NCBI GenBank assembly: GCA_028534125.1
Contig: CM052817.1
Span: 6,326,001-6,390,000 of the forward strand
Source of the DNA: Lama glama
Lineage: Eukaryota
Length of the DNA: 64,000 nucleotides
Direction: 5' to 3'
Shown: piece by piece, positions 63,170 through 64,000 of the stretch
How positions within the stretch are numbered: the stretch's first letter is position 1
Layout of the letters: every line of letters begins with the position of its first letter
Made by a program: the position numbers and the translations under genes
The notes under the pieces: generated by a model
Told to the model about the DNA's origin: nothing
Seen by the model: the letters and a program-made list of their open reading frames with translations, nothing else
Databases searched by the model: none

Positions 63170-63620
63170 GGCATTTATTGCATTTTTATTATCAATTTTT
63201 TTTACTTTATTTACTGAAGGAAATTTAGAAAATAAAATTAGATCCAGAAGAAAATTAACATTACCTGAAGGTAATCTCTGTGAACATTTTAATACATTTC
63301 CTTTGAGCTTTTATGTGTGTGTGTAAAATGTGTGTATATGTATATATGCGTATATATATATGCAAATCTTGAAATATAGGCAAATACATAGTAAATAGTT
63401 AATTTATGGTATATTATAACACTTGACAAAATAATATTATCTGTGTTTCCAGAATTTATGGCATGTATGACATATGGTAATTTACCTAGGTTTGGTGAGT
63501 ATACATTGATAGCATTCTTCTCACAGAGTTTAGAAGAGTCTACATGTTGCATCCTCTTCAATTTCACTATCAAATGGTTTGTTACAATAAAGCAAGAGCT
63601 CTACAGAATGATGTCAAATT
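63170..63620 (-). mobile_element. Old L1ME-like 3' fragment
   Basis: Antisense L1ME-type motifs (TGAACATTTTAATACATTTCCTT...GTAATTTACCT) with embedded TG/TA repeats. Confidence 0.4.
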
Positions 63621-64000
63621 CAGACTGAGTATTTGTACAGAGGCACAAAAATAATCTCACTCATTTTTCTGTGGTTCAGGGAACTCCTCCTCCTACTCTC
63701 ACTCCCCCAGAGCAGTCAGACTGACGCTTAGCATGGAAGGTGGAAACAGACGTTTAACACAGAATCCACTGGACTTGTGACTGGGTACGGTGATAACCCT
63801 ACACGCCCTCCACATTTAGGATCAGTGGGACCCTGGACCTCAAACATTGCTCAGATGGTATTAAGGGACTGGTTTTGCTGTATTGATGCAACATTGGTAG
63901 ATCCCTTGTAATATTCCTAATCACCTTGAATGTTACTCTTTTCATCAATAACATGAATTTCTACCAACATTTATGTTAATTAACACATTCTCTGGTGTAA

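Noticed and set aside
1..64000. CRISPR arrays, prokaryotic operons or defence systems, tRNA/rRNA genes, CpG island
   Set aside because: The sequence is CpG-depleted mammalian DNA. I saw no repeat-spacer periodicity, structured RNA gene or CpG island.

Overview
Mammalian nuclear DNA, intergenic or deep-intronic and rich in transposable elements. It is probably a cetartiodactyl and most likely a camelid: artiodactyl-type L1 3' ends and a Tigger1a_Art-like element are present, and I recognised no Alu, B1/B2, Bov-tA/BovB, PRE or CHR SINEs. I found no intact protein-coding gene, RNA gene or CRISPR array, and no convincing novel system. The ORF track is almost entirely chance or repeat-derived. The one recognisable protein homology is a full-length processed pseudogene of ATP5MJ (ATP5MPL/MP68, the 6.8-kDa ATP synthase proteolipid) on the minus strand at about 18.74-19.13 kb. 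It keeps its UTRs, poly(A) signal and target-site duplication (TSD), and carries a 1-bp frameshift. It sits about 50 bp from a 5'-inverted L1, and both are inserted into one MIR. The rest is a layered TE record: MIR, L2, many MaLR (MLT1) LTRs, two ERV1 solo LTRs nested in MLT1 LTRs, an LTR16/ERVL remnant with a readable RNase H/integrase fossil, a ~4.6-kb L1MD-like element with three nested insertions, hAT and Tigger DNA transposons, and microsatellites. There are also two 500-N scaffold gaps. All repeat family names are from memory of consensus sequences and need RepeatMasker/Dfam confirmation. Boundaries of old repeats are approximate.
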